From an uncultured Anaerococcus sp. (GTDB lineage Bacteria; Bacillota; Clostridia; Tissierellales; Peptoniphilaceae): a stretch of DNA of 64,000 nucleotides. The notes below the pieces were generated by a model that was not told the origin of the DNA, made no database searches, and saw nothing but the letters and a program-made list of their open reading frames with translations. Position 1 is the stretch's first letter. The number at the start of each line of letters is the position of its first letter. The DNA lies in assembly GCF_943912825.1 (NCBI RefSeq), contig NZ_CALTUX010000004.1, forward strand, positions 2,476 to 66,475. Direction: 5' to 3'. The position numbers were made by a program, and so were the translations under genes. Positions 50,280 through 60,144 of this stretch are shown in pieces.

Positions 50280-53036
50280 CTACAGATAATTCTTATAGTT
50301 TCTAATTATAAAATGATCATCTGATTCTGCTTTAGATTTTATAAATTCATACGCTTCAACATCTATTGATTTGATGCTTTCTAAATTTTTTAATATCAAA
50401 AACTTTATGTGTGCGCTATCAAAATTCATCATTTTATTAATCCTACTGATTATAGATTTTTTATTATATACTCTCAACATATATAACATAGCTTCTACAG
50501 AACGGTATCTTACACTAAGATTACTGTCATACGATTTTTGTAAAACAAATTGCAAAATTGCCGCTTTTATATCATCTTTAGCATTAGATATATAACCATA
50601 TTTACAGATATTAAAAATTGTACGAAGTGATTCAATCTTGTCAAAATCATCTACATCTGTGTATGTAGCTAATAATAGAATTAAATCATCAATCTCAAGT
50701 TTATCTAAAACTAATTTTAAAATAGAAAATTTAAAATTTAAAGTAAATTGTGATTGCATTCCTATGAAGTTAGAATCTCTTACATTTAGTATAGTCTCTT
50801 CATTTTCTAACATATACTTAATATTTTTATTTTCCTTATATTCTTCACTATTATTTAAAATCGAAATAATCAAATCAAGCGCTCCGCATTTTTCATAAAT
50901 CAGCTGATTTTCAGCTAACAAAGTCTCTACGCATGCATCTATAATTTCATATTTTATATCATTTTCAATCTCAATTTTTTTAACATCTATTATATTTCTT
51001 ATATTTGTATATGGGTCATATCCTGACATAGAATATTTTCCATCAACACCCTGACTCTTATTTCTTTCATGAATAATTTGTATATTTTTATTTATAAATT
51101 CTAAAATCACATCTTGATTATTAGTTTCTAACACTTTATATATCATCTTTGTAATTTCAGGAAAATATTCGTTTACTATTAAATCTACTTTTGTATTAAT
51201 TTTAATGTTGTCAGAAAAGCATTTATTAATATTAGAAAATAACTCAGCTAAATTATCATAATTGATGGATATCCCATCTAAGTTTATAATTTTAATAATT
51301 TTATCGAGTAATTTCACTATAGTTTTGATATTAATGCTTTGTATATCTACATCCCCTAATAAAGATACTATATTGCGATAGAATCGCGATAAGTCATTAT
51401 CAATGAATAAAATTATTATATTTACAATTTCTTCACCGCATATTCTTTTAATATTGTATTCTATAGCATCAAAAAAATAATATCCTAAATTTATAACTCT
51501 ATTTTTATCAGATATCCATGTCAGAATATAAGCGTGTAATTCTTCCCAAACCTCAGTAAAAAAATCATCATTAAAGTAACAACCTAAATATTGAAAGCAT
51601 AAAAATTTTCTAATATTTCTCCTATGAACAATAGGATAATTCTCAATGCTTTTATATATTTCTCTCGCAGTTGTACTATCCATTTTTCCATAGATATCAT
51701 TAAATAAATTGTAGACTTTTTTTATTTCTTTAGGTCTTTCTGAAATAAGTGTTGTCTTTATTAGAAATTTTCTAAAATTCCAATCATCATACTCATCACA
51801 CAGTTGATAAACCATTAACTTCATCATATCAATAATTGAAATTAAATGAGATAAAGATCCGTAATAAATAGCTGTAATATAATAATTTGATATATACATT
51901 ATATATTTAGAAATATTATTCCCATACCTTACAGTACTTGGACTCTTTGATGCCTCATTTATTGTTTCTTTAATTATTTCTTTATATAAATTTTTTTCAT
52001 TTCTATCATTTAATGGATAATATAATGGCTTCTTATTCGATAATATCTTTTTCTGTTCTTCATTGGATATAACAATCTTATTATTTATTTCATTATCAAA
52101 ATTCCTGAGATTTCTTAAATCTATCGTAATATCTTGTAAATACCAGTTAGGAAGCTTGTTATTTTTTGCTATATCATATGCTTTATTCATATCAATAATA
52201 GCTTTGTCTATGTCGCCCTTAAAATAATTTACTATGGCATTCCACCTAGATTCAGTAACTTCAGAATATTTTTCACTTTGATTTTTGCCAATCTCGAAAA
52301 GTAAATGTGGTTTATCAAATCTATATATTGAATCATTATAAAATAACACATCTAAAAACTGACTAGATAGAATATCAAATTTATTAGTGCGATCTTCAGG
52401 AATATCTGATTCTAATCCTATTAACTCACATAGCTTATTTTTAGTTACATTAATACTAGAATACAAGCTTTTATCTATTTCATCGGCTGATTCAAAGTCA
52501 TTATCATTAAAGTTATCTATTCCATTATTATTAATATCATAAAAATTTGTAGAGACTAAGTGCCCCCTACAATAATTAGCATATATCTCAATAATTTCAA
52601 TAATTAGACTTTCATAAACTGTCTCTTTTAACTTATCAAATTCATTAATAGTTTTATATTTGGGACCATTATTATCACGAATTTCTTGCTGCAGCCGTGT
52701 TATTTTTTTGTTATCGTCATTACAAAATATAAATATCGATTTCTTAGATAATATTAAGGAACGTCTATACTCTGTTACAACCCCTTCTGGAACATCTTCT
52801 TCATTAGATATTAAAAATAAACAAACATCTGAATCATTGAGTTTATTTAAATAAGAATCTCTTGCAGTCATTGAACTAGCCATGGTACCTTCAAAAACAT
52901 ACGCGCTAATAAAGCCTGTTTCTTCTAAAAGTAATTTTAATTCATTTCTAATAGTATCATATTTTTCATCACCGCACTTAGAACTTATAAAAACCTTAAT
53001 CTTGTCTTCAAATTTAATATTATAATTCAATAGCAT
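50280..53036 (-). CDS. 918-aa hypothetical protein with N-terminal DUF4062-like domain and long alpha-helical repeat region (candidate defence protein); very AT-rich gene
   Basis: N-terminus KVFISSKCGDEKYDTIRNELKLLLEETGF...DVCLFLISNEEDVPEGVVTEYRRSL matches the DUF4062 pattern (FISS...acidic...hydrophobic core). The remainder is Leu/Ile/Asn-rich helical repeats. GC is visibly far below that of the flanking genes. Confidence 0.5.
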   Translation of the reverse strand: MLLNYNIKFEDKIKVFISSKCGDEKYDTIRNELKLLLEETGFISAYVFEGTMASSMTARDSYLNKLNDSDVCLFLISNEEDVPEGVVTEYRRSLILSKKSIFIFCNDDNKKITRLQQEIRDNNGPKYKTINEFDKLKETVYESLIIEIIEIYANYCRGHLVSTNFYDINNNGIDNFNDNDFESADEIDKSLYSSINVTKNKLCELIGLESDIPEDRTNKFDILSSQFLDVLFYNDSIYRFDKPHLLFEIGKNQSEKYSEVTESRWNAIVNYFKGDIDKAIIDMNKAYDIAKNNKLPNWYLQDITIDLRNLRNFDNEINNKIVISNEEQKKILSNKKPLYYPLNDRNEKNLYKEIIKETINEASKSPSTVRYGNNISKYIMYISNYYITAIYYGSLSHLISIIDMMKLMVYQLCDEYDDWNFRKFLIKTTLISERPKEIKKVYNLFNDIYGKMDSTTAREIYKSIENYPIVHRRNIRKFLCFQYLGCYFNDDFFTEVWEELHAYILTWISDKNRVINLGYYFFDAIEYNIKRICGEEIVNIIILFIDNDLSRFYRNIVSLLGDVDIQSINIKTIVKLLDKIIKIINLDGISINYDNLAELFSNINKCFSDNIKINTKVDLIVNEYFPEITKMIYKVLETNNQDVILEFINKNIQIIHERNKSQGVDGKYSMSGYDPYTNIRNIIDVKKIEIENDIKYEIIDACVETLLAENQLIYEKCGALDLIISILNNSEEYKENKNIKYMLENEETILNVRDSNFIGMQSQFTLNFKFSILKLVLDKLEIDDLILLLATYTDVDDFDKIESLRTIFNICKYGYISNAKDDIKAAILQFVLQKSYDSNLSVRYRSVEAMLYMLRVYNKKSIISRINKMMNFDSAHIKFLILKNLESIKSIDVEAYEFIKSKAESDDHFIIRNYKNYL

Positions 53037-53203
53037 ACCTCATCACTTTCATTTAAAATAAACAGAATCTAATCTTTATAGTTACCTCTATTGTACTTTA
53101 ACTGTCCATAAAGCTCAAAGATGGTGAAATGTTTTGCTATTTAAGTTTAATGAATTAAATGATATAATATTTATTAAGTAATAATATTATAAAACTAATA
53201 TTT

Positions 53204-54157
53204 GTGAATAGATTTGAGGTTATTATGAAACAACCGTTGATTGATTTTTCTTCTTATCCTGTTAGGCTTACGCTAAAGCGTTTGCTTAAGGATAAGTCTA
53301 CTAAAAAAAATATAATATGGGCCACTAATAACTATGAAGACTTTGGTCAGGCTTTTAATGATAGGGCTGAAATTACTGAAGCTGTTTTTGATCATGGATT
53401 TATCCTTGAGCCTAGGACTAGCAAGTCGGCTGAGACTCAGCTGGAACGTACTAGGAAGAAGGCTGAAGTCTATACCCCTACTTGGGTGGTTAATTTTATG
53501 AATAATTATTGCGATGAGGTCTATTTTGGTAGGAAGGATGTCTTTAATATTCCAAAGGATAAGACATGGGTCCCTCTTAGGGAGAAAATTTCTTTTCCTG
53601 AAGGGAAATCCTGGCAAGACTATGTTGATTCTCCTAGGCTTGAAATAACTTGTGGAGAGGGCCCTTATCTTGTATCTAGATATGATGTGGCGACTAGTCA
53701 CTTAATTAGACATACCATAGACAGGATTGGCTTTCTGGATAGGAAGCTTAGGATAGTTAATGAAAATACTGACTCTAAGGAAGACTGGACACATTGGGCT
53801 ATAAGAGCTGTTCAGGCCTCTTATGGCTATGAATACCAGGGTGACAGCTTGTTACTAGCTAGGATAAATGTCCTACTTACCTTTGTAGAATATTATGAAC
53901 AAAGATGGGATGAGGATGTGGCTAAAGATATCCTAAATAAGCTTGCCAATATCATCAGCTGGAATATCTGGCAAATGGATGGACTTACTGACACAGTACC
54001 CTTTGGAGCGCCAGTGCCTAATAATGAACAAATGAGTATATTTGATTTATTTGAAGATAAGAAAGATGAAGAAGAAAGTAAACTCATAGCCTGTAGGATA
54101 TTTGATTGGAAAGCCAACAAGTCCCAGACTTTCGCATCACTTAAGGAGCATATATGA
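53204..54157 (+). CDS. N-terminal half of a split gamma-class N6-adenine DNA methyltransferase (motifs X, I and II/III; no NPPY)
   Basis: AEVYTPTWVVNFM (motif X; compare TaqI GRVETPPEVVDFM), LEITCGEGPYL (motif I) and YGYEYQGDSLLLARINVLL (GxExD...A..N region). Its stop overlaps the next ATG (ATGA). Confidence 0.6.
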   Translation: MNRFEVIMKQPLIDFSSYPVRLTLKRLLKDKSTKKNIIWATNNYEDFGQAFNDRAEITEAVFDHGFILEPRTSKSAETQLERTRKKAEVYTPTWVVNFMNNYCDEVYFGRKDVFNIPKDKTWVPLREKISFPEGKSWQDYVDSPRLEITCGEGPYLVSRYDVATSHLIRHTIDRIGFLDRKLRIVNENTDSKEDWTHWAIRAVQASYGYEYQGDSLLLARINVLLTFVEYYEQRWDEDVAKDILNKLANIISWNIWQMDGLTDTVPFGAPVPNNEQMSIFDLFEDKKDEEESKLIACRIFDWKANKSQTFASLKEHI

Positions 54158-55179
54158 AAAAATTTGATTTTGTAATTGGGAACCCACCTTATAATGAAAC
54201 AGTAGAAGGCAGAAGTGAAGATCCACCAATTTATCATTTCTTTTACGATGCATCAATTGATATTGCTGACAGTATAACATTCATAACTCCTTCACGATTT
54301 TTATTTGATACAGGAAAAACACCTTCTAAATGGAATAAAAAAATGTTAAATAGTTCTCACTTTAAAATATTAAGGTATGAACCAAATGGAGCTAAAGTTT
54401 TTCCAACAACCGATATAAAGGGTGGTGTTGCCATAACCTCGTGGAATAATAACAAAATTCATGAACCTATTGGAACCTTTTATCCTAATCCAGAAATCAA
54501 AGAAATCATTAAAAAAGTAAAAAATATAAATAGTAATTTTTTTGATAGTATTATATTTTCTAATACAAGTTATAAATATACCGAATTGTTTTACGATGAA
54601 AATCCCGAATTTAAAGATAGAGTATCAGGTGGTTCAAGAAGATATTTATCGTCTACCTGCTTTGAAAAATTCCCAGAATCTTTTTTAGATAAAAAATCAA
54701 ATAAAGATGATGTCACAATAATTGGAAGACAAGACTATAAAAGAAAAACAAAATATTTCAATATTAACTATTTAAATCCACCAGAAAATTTTAATAGTTA
54801 TAAATTGGTACTACCTAGCTCTAATGGTAGTGGAAAATTTGGCGAAACATTAAGTGACCCATTTGTAGGAAACCCATGTGAAGGATATACAGAAACTTTT
54901 GTAACATTTGGTAATTTTGAAAAATATGAAGAAGCAAATAATAGTCTAACTTATATTAAAACTAAATTTGCAAGAGCTATGCTAAATTCAAAAAAAATCA
55001 CTCAAGGAAACAAAAATTCAAAAGTTTGGGAAAATGTACCACTCCAAGATTTCACAGAAAACTCTGACATTGATTGGAGCAAGTCCATTGCTGAGATTGA
55101 CCAACAATTGTACAAGAAGTATTGCCTATCTCCTGAAGAGATTGACTTTATTGAGGAAAAAGTACAGGAGATGAAGTGA
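54154..55179 (+). CDS. C-terminal (catalytic plus putative target-recognition) half of a split gamma-class N6-adenine DNA methyltransferase
   Basis: Begins FDFVIGNPPY (motif IV) followed by PIYHFFY...ITFITPSRFLF (compare TaqI YPIHVFK...LVFVVPATWL). Own RBS AAGGAG 7 nt upstream, and a stop 4 codons upstream in-frame. Confidence 0.7.
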   Translation: MKKFDFVIGNPPYNETVEGRSEDPPIYHFFYDASIDIADSITFITPSRFLFDTGKTPSKWNKKMLNSSHFKILRYEPNGAKVFPTTDIKGGVAITSWNNNKIHEPIGTFYPNPEIKEIIKKVKNINSNFFDSIIFSNTSYKYTELFYDENPEFKDRVSGGSRRYLSSTCFEKFPESFLDKKSNKDDVTIIGRQDYKRKTKYFNINYLNPPENFNSYKLVLPSSNGSGKFGETLSDPFVGNPCEGYTETFVTFGNFEKYEEANNSLTYIKTKFARAMLNSKKITQGNKNSKVWENVPLQDFTENSDIDWSKSIAEIDQQLYKKYCLSPEEIDFIEEKVQEMK

Positions 55180-58100
55180 TGAATAGACCTAATATTAATA
55201 CTAGCAAGGAAGTTATACCTGTCTGCTATGCCTACACCACACCTGGTGTGACCTATCATGAGGGATGGACCAAGATTGGTTTTACTGAAAGAGATGTAGA
55301 AACTAGGGTCAGAGAACAAGTCGGCACTGCTGGCATAAGGTATAAGATTGAGTGGGAAAAAAACGCCGTCTATGAAGGCTCAAACCAAACCTTTAGGGAT
55401 TCTGATTTTCATAAATACCTTGAAAATAATAATATCGAGAGGGAACCAGGACTTGAGTGGTTTAAAATTGATCCCTTACTTGCCAAACATAAATTTGATG
55501 AATTTAAGGAAAATAGAGGTCTTATAGAGACAAACCTTAAGCCGGCTCCTTATAAACTTAGAAACGAACAAGATGAGGCTGTCGCTAAGACTATGGCTTA
55601 TTTTACTTCTCATTATGAGGGCGAATTTCTTTGGAATGCCAAGCCTCGTTTTGGCAAGACCCTTGCTTCTTATGACCTTTGCATGAGGATGGGTTTTGAA
55701 AATGTCCTAATTGTCACAAATAGGCCTGCTATTGCTGATTCTTGGTATGGAGACTATGTCAAATTTGTAGGACCGGCATCTGGCTATATTTTTGTAAGCC
55801 ATGTCGATACTATTAAGAATGAAAAATACGTCTATAGTAGAAAAGAATTTGTCGATATCTTGCCTTCTGTTGAAAATTATAAGGGCTGTATAGAATTTGT
55901 AAGCCTTCAAGACCTCAAGGGTTCGATTCATTTTGGCGGTAGCCATGACAAGCTAGATGAAATTAAGGATACTAATTGGGATATATTAATTATCGACGAA
56001 GCCCACGAGGGTGTTGATACCTACAAGACCGATGTGGCCTTTAATCAAATCAAGAGGAAAAACACCCTTCACTTGTCAGGTACACCTTTTAAGGCCCTTG
56101 CCAATGACAAGTTTCCAGATGATGCCATCTACAATTGGACCTATGCAGATGAGCAAAGGGCTAAGAGGGACTTTTCAAGCTCTGATTTAGAGGAAAATCC
56201 TTATGCGACTCTGCCAAGACTAAATCTTTTTACCTACCAAATGTCAGATATTATCAGAGATAAAATCGAAGATGGGATTGAACTTGATGGGGAAAATGTT
56301 GAATATGCCTTTGACCTCAATGAGTTTTTCTCAACTGACGAGAGAGGAGCCTTTGTCTACAAGAATGATGTAGATAAGTTTTTAGATGCCTTAACCCAAA
56401 ATGAGAAATTTCCTTTTTCTACACCTGAACTAAGGGATGAAATCAAGCACTCTTTTTGGATTTTGAACAGGGTTGATTCAGCCAAGGCCCTTAAGAAAAA
56501 ACTTGAAGTCAATCCTATTTTTAGGGACTATGAGATTGTCCTAGCTGCTGGTGATGGCAAGACTGATGATGAGATTATTAATGAGGATTCCCTTAATCGT
56601 GTTAAGGATGCTATCAAAAAATACGATAAGACCATTACCCTTTCTGTAGGCCAGCTTACAACAGGTGTGACCATTCCAGAATGGACAGCTGTCCTTATGC
56701 TTGCCAATATGAAATCCCCTGCCCTCTACATGCAGGCTGCCTTTAGGGCACAAAACCCTTGCCTATTTTCTAATAATGGCAAACATTTTAGGAAGGAAAA
56801 CGCCTATGTTTTTGACTTTGACCCAGCAAGGACCCTAGATATTTTCGAAAAATTTGCAAATGATCTTTCCCCTACTACATCAGCCGGTGGTGGAGATTTA
56901 GGAACTAGAAAGAAGCATATCAGAGATCTGTTAAACTTCTTCCCTGTCTATGGTGAGGATGAAGATGGTCAGATGGTGCTTTTGGATGCTGAAAAAGTCC
57001 TAACTATACCTAGAAAAATTAAGTCAGTAGAGGTTGTGAACCGTGGCTTTATGTCCAATTTCCTTTTTAAGAATATTGCTAATATTTTTAGGGCTCCTAG
57101 TCAAGTTAGGCAAATTTTAGAAAAACTTAATCCGACCAAAGAAGGAAAACCAATTAAGATTGATGATGATACAGCCGATGAACTAGATATAAATGATGAT
57201 GGCGATGTAGATATTGAGCAAACAAAAATAATAGGCAAGGCCCAAGATGTATTTGGTCCAAAAATTTATGATGATATCAAAGAAGATTTGTTAATATTCG
57301 AAAAAGATCTGGTAACCGATCGTAAAAAATCTGGTCTTGATGATATAGTTGAAAAAATTACCGAACCAATAATTGCTCCTATTATAGACAGAAGCAAAGA
57401 AGTCTATGGTAATAAATTGAGAAGGACAGTCGAGAAAAATATCGAAAGAGACATCAAGGATAAGGCAAGTGCAATCATTAAAAAAGGCTATATCGAATTT
57501 GAGATTGAAAATAATAAGCTTGAAGCACAAAAGGAAAAAGACCTTAATAACTCAAAGTCTTCAACAGAATCTAGTCAGATAGAAAGTAAGTATGATGATA
57601 TTTTCAAGGCAAAAAGGGAAGAATTGGCCAAGAAAATAAACGAAGACTTGGAAAATTATAACATAATTGAAGATTCTATTATGACAGCCACTGAGAAAAT
57701 CGAAACAGATGTGAAGGAAAAAGAAAAACGTACTATTGAAGATGATGTTAGAGATAGGCTCAGAGGATTTTCTAGGACTATTCCATCTTTTCTTATGGCC
57801 TATGGGACTTTTGATACAAAATTATCTAATTTCGATAAAATAATCCCAAATGATGTCTTCTTAGAAGTCACTTCTATTAGCATAGAGGAATTTAAAGACT
57901 TACGTGATGGCTTTGACTATACCGATCCAGAAAGCGGAGACCTTATGCACTATGAAGGTGGACTCTTTGATGAATTAGTATTTAACGATTCTGTGGCAGA
58001 GTTTTTGAATAAGAAAATAGACTTAGCCAATTATTTTGACCCTGCAATCAAGAGGGATATTTTTGATTACATTCCTCCACAAAAAACTAACCAAATATTT

Positions 58101-58490
58101 ACACCAAAGAAAGTTGTAAAGGAAATGGTGGATTTGTTAGAAAAGGAAAATCCTGGATGCTTTGATAATCCAAACTTCACCTTTATTGATCCTTATATGA
58201 AGTCAGGTTTATATGTAGCAGAAATCGTAAAAAGATTATACAGGAGCGAAAAAATTAAAGAATTCTATCCTAACGATAAAGAAAGGCTAAACCATATTTT
58301 CGCTAAACAAGTCTATGGCCTTGCCCCAACAGAAATAATTTACAAAATTGCAAAAAACTTCGTCCTAGGTTTTAGCGATGAAATAGAGATTGAAAAACAT
58401 AAGCTAAGGCTTTTAGATTCTCTAGCAAGTATCCAAGAGGATAGGTTTGAAGAGGATTTGGTAAAATTATATCCAGAACTTAAGGATTGA
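55176..58490 (+). CDS. 1104-aa multidomain protein: T5orf172/GIY-YIG-like N-terminal domain, SF2 DEAH helicase core, and a C-terminal second copy of the methyltransferase N-half (motifs X, I and II/III) ending just before where NPPY would lie
   Basis: T5orf172-like CYAYTTPGVTYHEGWTKIGFTERDVETRVREQ. Walker A AKPRFGKT, DEAH IIDEAHEG, motif VI QAAFRAQNP. C-terminus QIFTPKKVVKEMVDLL (X), FIDPYMKSGLYV (I), QVYGLAPTEIIYKIAKNFVLG (compare ORF 53204-54157). Confidence 0.65.
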   Translation: MMNRPNINTSKEVIPVCYAYTTPGVTYHEGWTKIGFTERDVETRVREQVGTAGIRYKIEWEKNAVYEGSNQTFRDSDFHKYLENNNIEREPGLEWFKIDPLLAKHKFDEFKENRGLIETNLKPAPYKLRNEQDEAVAKTMAYFTSHYEGEFLWNAKPRFGKTLASYDLCMRMGFENVLIVTNRPAIADSWYGDYVKFVGPASGYIFVSHVDTIKNEKYVYSRKEFVDILPSVENYKGCIEFVSLQDLKGSIHFGGSHDKLDEIKDTNWDILIIDEAHEGVDTYKTDVAFNQIKRKNTLHLSGTPFKALANDKFPDDAIYNWTYADEQRAKRDFSSSDLEENPYATLPRLNLFTYQMSDIIRDKIEDGIELDGENVEYAFDLNEFFSTDERGAFVYKNDVDKFLDALTQNEKFPFSTPELRDEIKHSFWILNRVDSAKALKKKLEVNPIFRDYEIVLAAGDGKTDDEIINEDSLNRVKDAIKKYDKTITLSVGQLTTGVTIPEWTAVLMLANMKSPALYMQAAFRAQNPCLFSNNGKHFRKENAYVFDFDPARTLDIFEKFANDLSPTTSAGGGDLGTRKKHIRDLLNFFPVYGEDEDGQMVLLDAEKVLTIPRKIKSVEVVNRGFMSNFLFKNIANIFRAPSQVRQILEKLNPTKEGKPIKIDDDTADELDINDDGDVDIEQTKIIGKAQDVFGPKIYDDIKEDLLIFEKDLVTDRKKSGLDDIVEKITEPIIAPIIDRSKEVYGNKLRRTVEKNIERDIKDKASAIIKKGYIEFEIENNKLEAQKEKDLNNSKSSTESSQIESKYDDIFKAKREELAKKINEDLENYNIIEDSIMTATEKIETDVKEKEKRTIEDDVRDRLRGFSRTIPSFLMAYGTFDTKLSNFDKIIPNDVFLEVTSISIEEFKDLRDGFDYTDPESGDLMHYEGGLFDELVFNDSVAEFLNKKIDLANYFDPAIKRDIFDYIPPQKTNQIFTPKKVVKEMVDLLEKENPGCFDNPNFTFIDPYMKSGLYVAEIVKRLYRSEKIKEFYPNDKERLNHIFAKQVYGLAPTEIIYKIAKNFVLGFSDEIEIEKHKLRLLDSLASIQEDRFEEDLVKLYPELKD

Positions 58491-58604
58491 ACGATAAATA
58501 CAATTTTGTGATTTGCTAAAGTAAGCAACTCTTAAGTATTGCTTAATAGTTGCCGCCAACTCTTAGGAATTTCCTAATAGTTCAAAAAAATATTTACAAA
58601 TATC

Positions 58605-58637
58605 AAAGAGCAGGCTCAAATAGTCTGCTCTTTTTAT
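58605..58637 (+). terminator. rho-independent terminator
   Basis: agagcag-gctcaaatagt-ctgctct followed by TTTTT. Confidence 0.75.
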
Positions 58638-58732
58638 ACTTCTTTACAAAAGGCCCAATTTCCCACAAATAGGCCAGCTTTTTGAGGCTTTTCTTGTTGA
58701 TTTTTCCCTTAATTTCTATATAATATATCTAT

Positions 58733-60142
58733 ATGAGTAAAGGGAGTATTATGATAATTAATTTTAAGAAAACTCTAGCGACTTTTATGGCTTTTGGGCT
58801 CTTTGTAGGACTTTGTGGCCAATCTTTTGCTAGTGATGAAAATATAGAAAACAAACAAACAAGTAGCTTATTCGAGATCCTTGCCGGCGATGTGGTTGCT
58901 GATAAGGCGACTTCTGAGATTAAGGTGGATTATGCGGATGATCCTGCCTTTAAGGAGGAATTTGATGCTAGATTTGCCCTTCTTTCTAGGATTGAAGAGG
59001 CTAGAAATATCGAAGGTCTTGATTTGACTGAATTTATCAAGCTTTTAAATACCAAGGCTGCTGATAAGGATAAGCTAAACACAGGTCTTGATTCTTTGAA
59101 TAAGCTTATCGAGGAAAGTGGCCAGAAGGTCGCTGTGGACCTTGATATTGCACCTATCAAAGCTAAGGTCAATGATTATATCCTAAAGGGTATGCTTTTC
59201 TATGCTGATAAGCTTGATAAGACTGATGTGACCACCCTTCATGCCTATTATGAGGCAGTTGTTGGTTCGCTTTATTACAAAAATGCTAATGAAGAGGGCA
59301 GGAAGTCTTATGATGAGACCCTTAAGGGAATTTATGAGACCTTGACTAAGGCTAATGAAAAAATCGAAGTCGGTGAGGAATTCACTGATGAAGAAAAGGC
59401 TAATTTTAAAGATTCTTTTGATAAGCTTGACCAAATGGTTAAGGAAAAGACTTCTAAGCCTCTTAAAAATGAGACCACATCTCTTAGAAATGGAATCTAT
59501 TTAGCTAGCGCCAACGAGATGAGTGTGAGCGAGAATAAAGATGGCGAAAATAAAGACGATGAGAATAAAATCAATGAAAATTCTGCCTTCTACAAGTCAG
59601 CAAAGACTGGAATTAAGGAAGCTTACGAGAAGTTATCAGCTGATCAAAGGAAAAAACTTGACCAGATGAATACCAATAACGATGACCTATTATCAGATGA
59701 CGAGCTAAAGGCAGACGGTGAATTCACCCTACCTTTATCTGATGACCACTACTTTAAGCCATTTACAGCCAATGTAAGCGGCTCATCAAGCTCTACTGAC
59801 ACAAGCTCAAGCCAGTCAACTACTAGCGGGTCAAGCACAAGCCAGTCAAGCACTAGCCAAACTACCACACCTAGCACAACAACATCCACTAGTAGCCAAA
59901 CACCTACAACTACCGCCCAAAGTCCAATTGGCGGCACACCAGAGACTGTCACCATCGGTGGAGCAGAAAATAAATCAGCTGACCAAACAAAAAAAGAAGA
60001 CGACAAGAAAGACGCCCCAACCAATACCACATCTACATCCTATGTAAAAACAGGTATAAAGGGAATCGCCTACGTGGGAATAATCCTACTAGTAGCAATC
60101 GGCGCCTACACTCTTCTTAACAAAAACAAAGACAAGAAATAA
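58733..60142 (+). CDS. surface protein with signal peptide, Ser/Thr-rich linker and C-terminal sorting-signal-like anchor
   Basis: Signal peptide ...GLCGQSFA|SDE. A Ser/Thr tract of about 70 aa. C-terminus YVKTG followed by a hydrophobic segment and the NKNKDKK tail (an LPXTG-type architecture with a non-canonical motif). Confidence 0.6.
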   Translation: MSKGSIMIINFKKTLATFMAFGLFVGLCGQSFASDENIENKQTSSLFEILAGDVVADKATSEIKVDYADDPAFKEEFDARFALLSRIEEARNIEGLDLTEFIKLLNTKAADKDKLNTGLDSLNKLIEESGQKVAVDLDIAPIKAKVNDYILKGMLFYADKLDKTDVTTLHAYYEAVVGSLYYKNANEEGRKSYDETLKGIYETLTKANEKIEVGEEFTDEEKANFKDSFDKLDQMVKEKTSKPLKNETTSLRNGIYLASANEMSVSENKDGENKDDENKINENSAFYKSAKTGIKEAYEKLSADQRKKLDQMNTNNDDLLSDDELKADGEFTLPLSDDHYFKPFTANVSGSSSSTDTSSSQSTTSGSSTSQSSTSQTTTPSTTTSTSSQTPTTTAQSPIGGTPETVTIGGAENKSADQTKKEDDKKDAPTNTTSTSYVKTGIKGIAYVGIILLVAIGAYTLLNKNKDKK

Positions 60143-60144
60143 GA

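Noticed and set aside
54140-54170. The ORF1/ORF2 methyltransferase junction as a slipped-strand frameshift in the A6 run (gaaaaaatttg), that is a phase-variable or recently inactivated single gene.
   Set aside because: The run is only 6 A. The second ORF has a consensus AAGGAG RBS at ideal spacing, an ATG start and an in-frame stop four codons upstream. The split falls exactly at a secondary-structure boundary (before beta-4/NPPY), and a second methyltransferase N-half in the helicase protein ends at the same point. The pseudogene explanation cannot be excluded without resequencing or orthologues.
53273-54237. Minus-strand ORFs 53273-53701 and 53893-54237 overlapping the methyltransferase N-half gene.
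   Set aside because: They lie antisense within a gene carrying clear methyltransferase motifs, have Leu/Ser/Ile-rich low-complexity translations, and no RBS.
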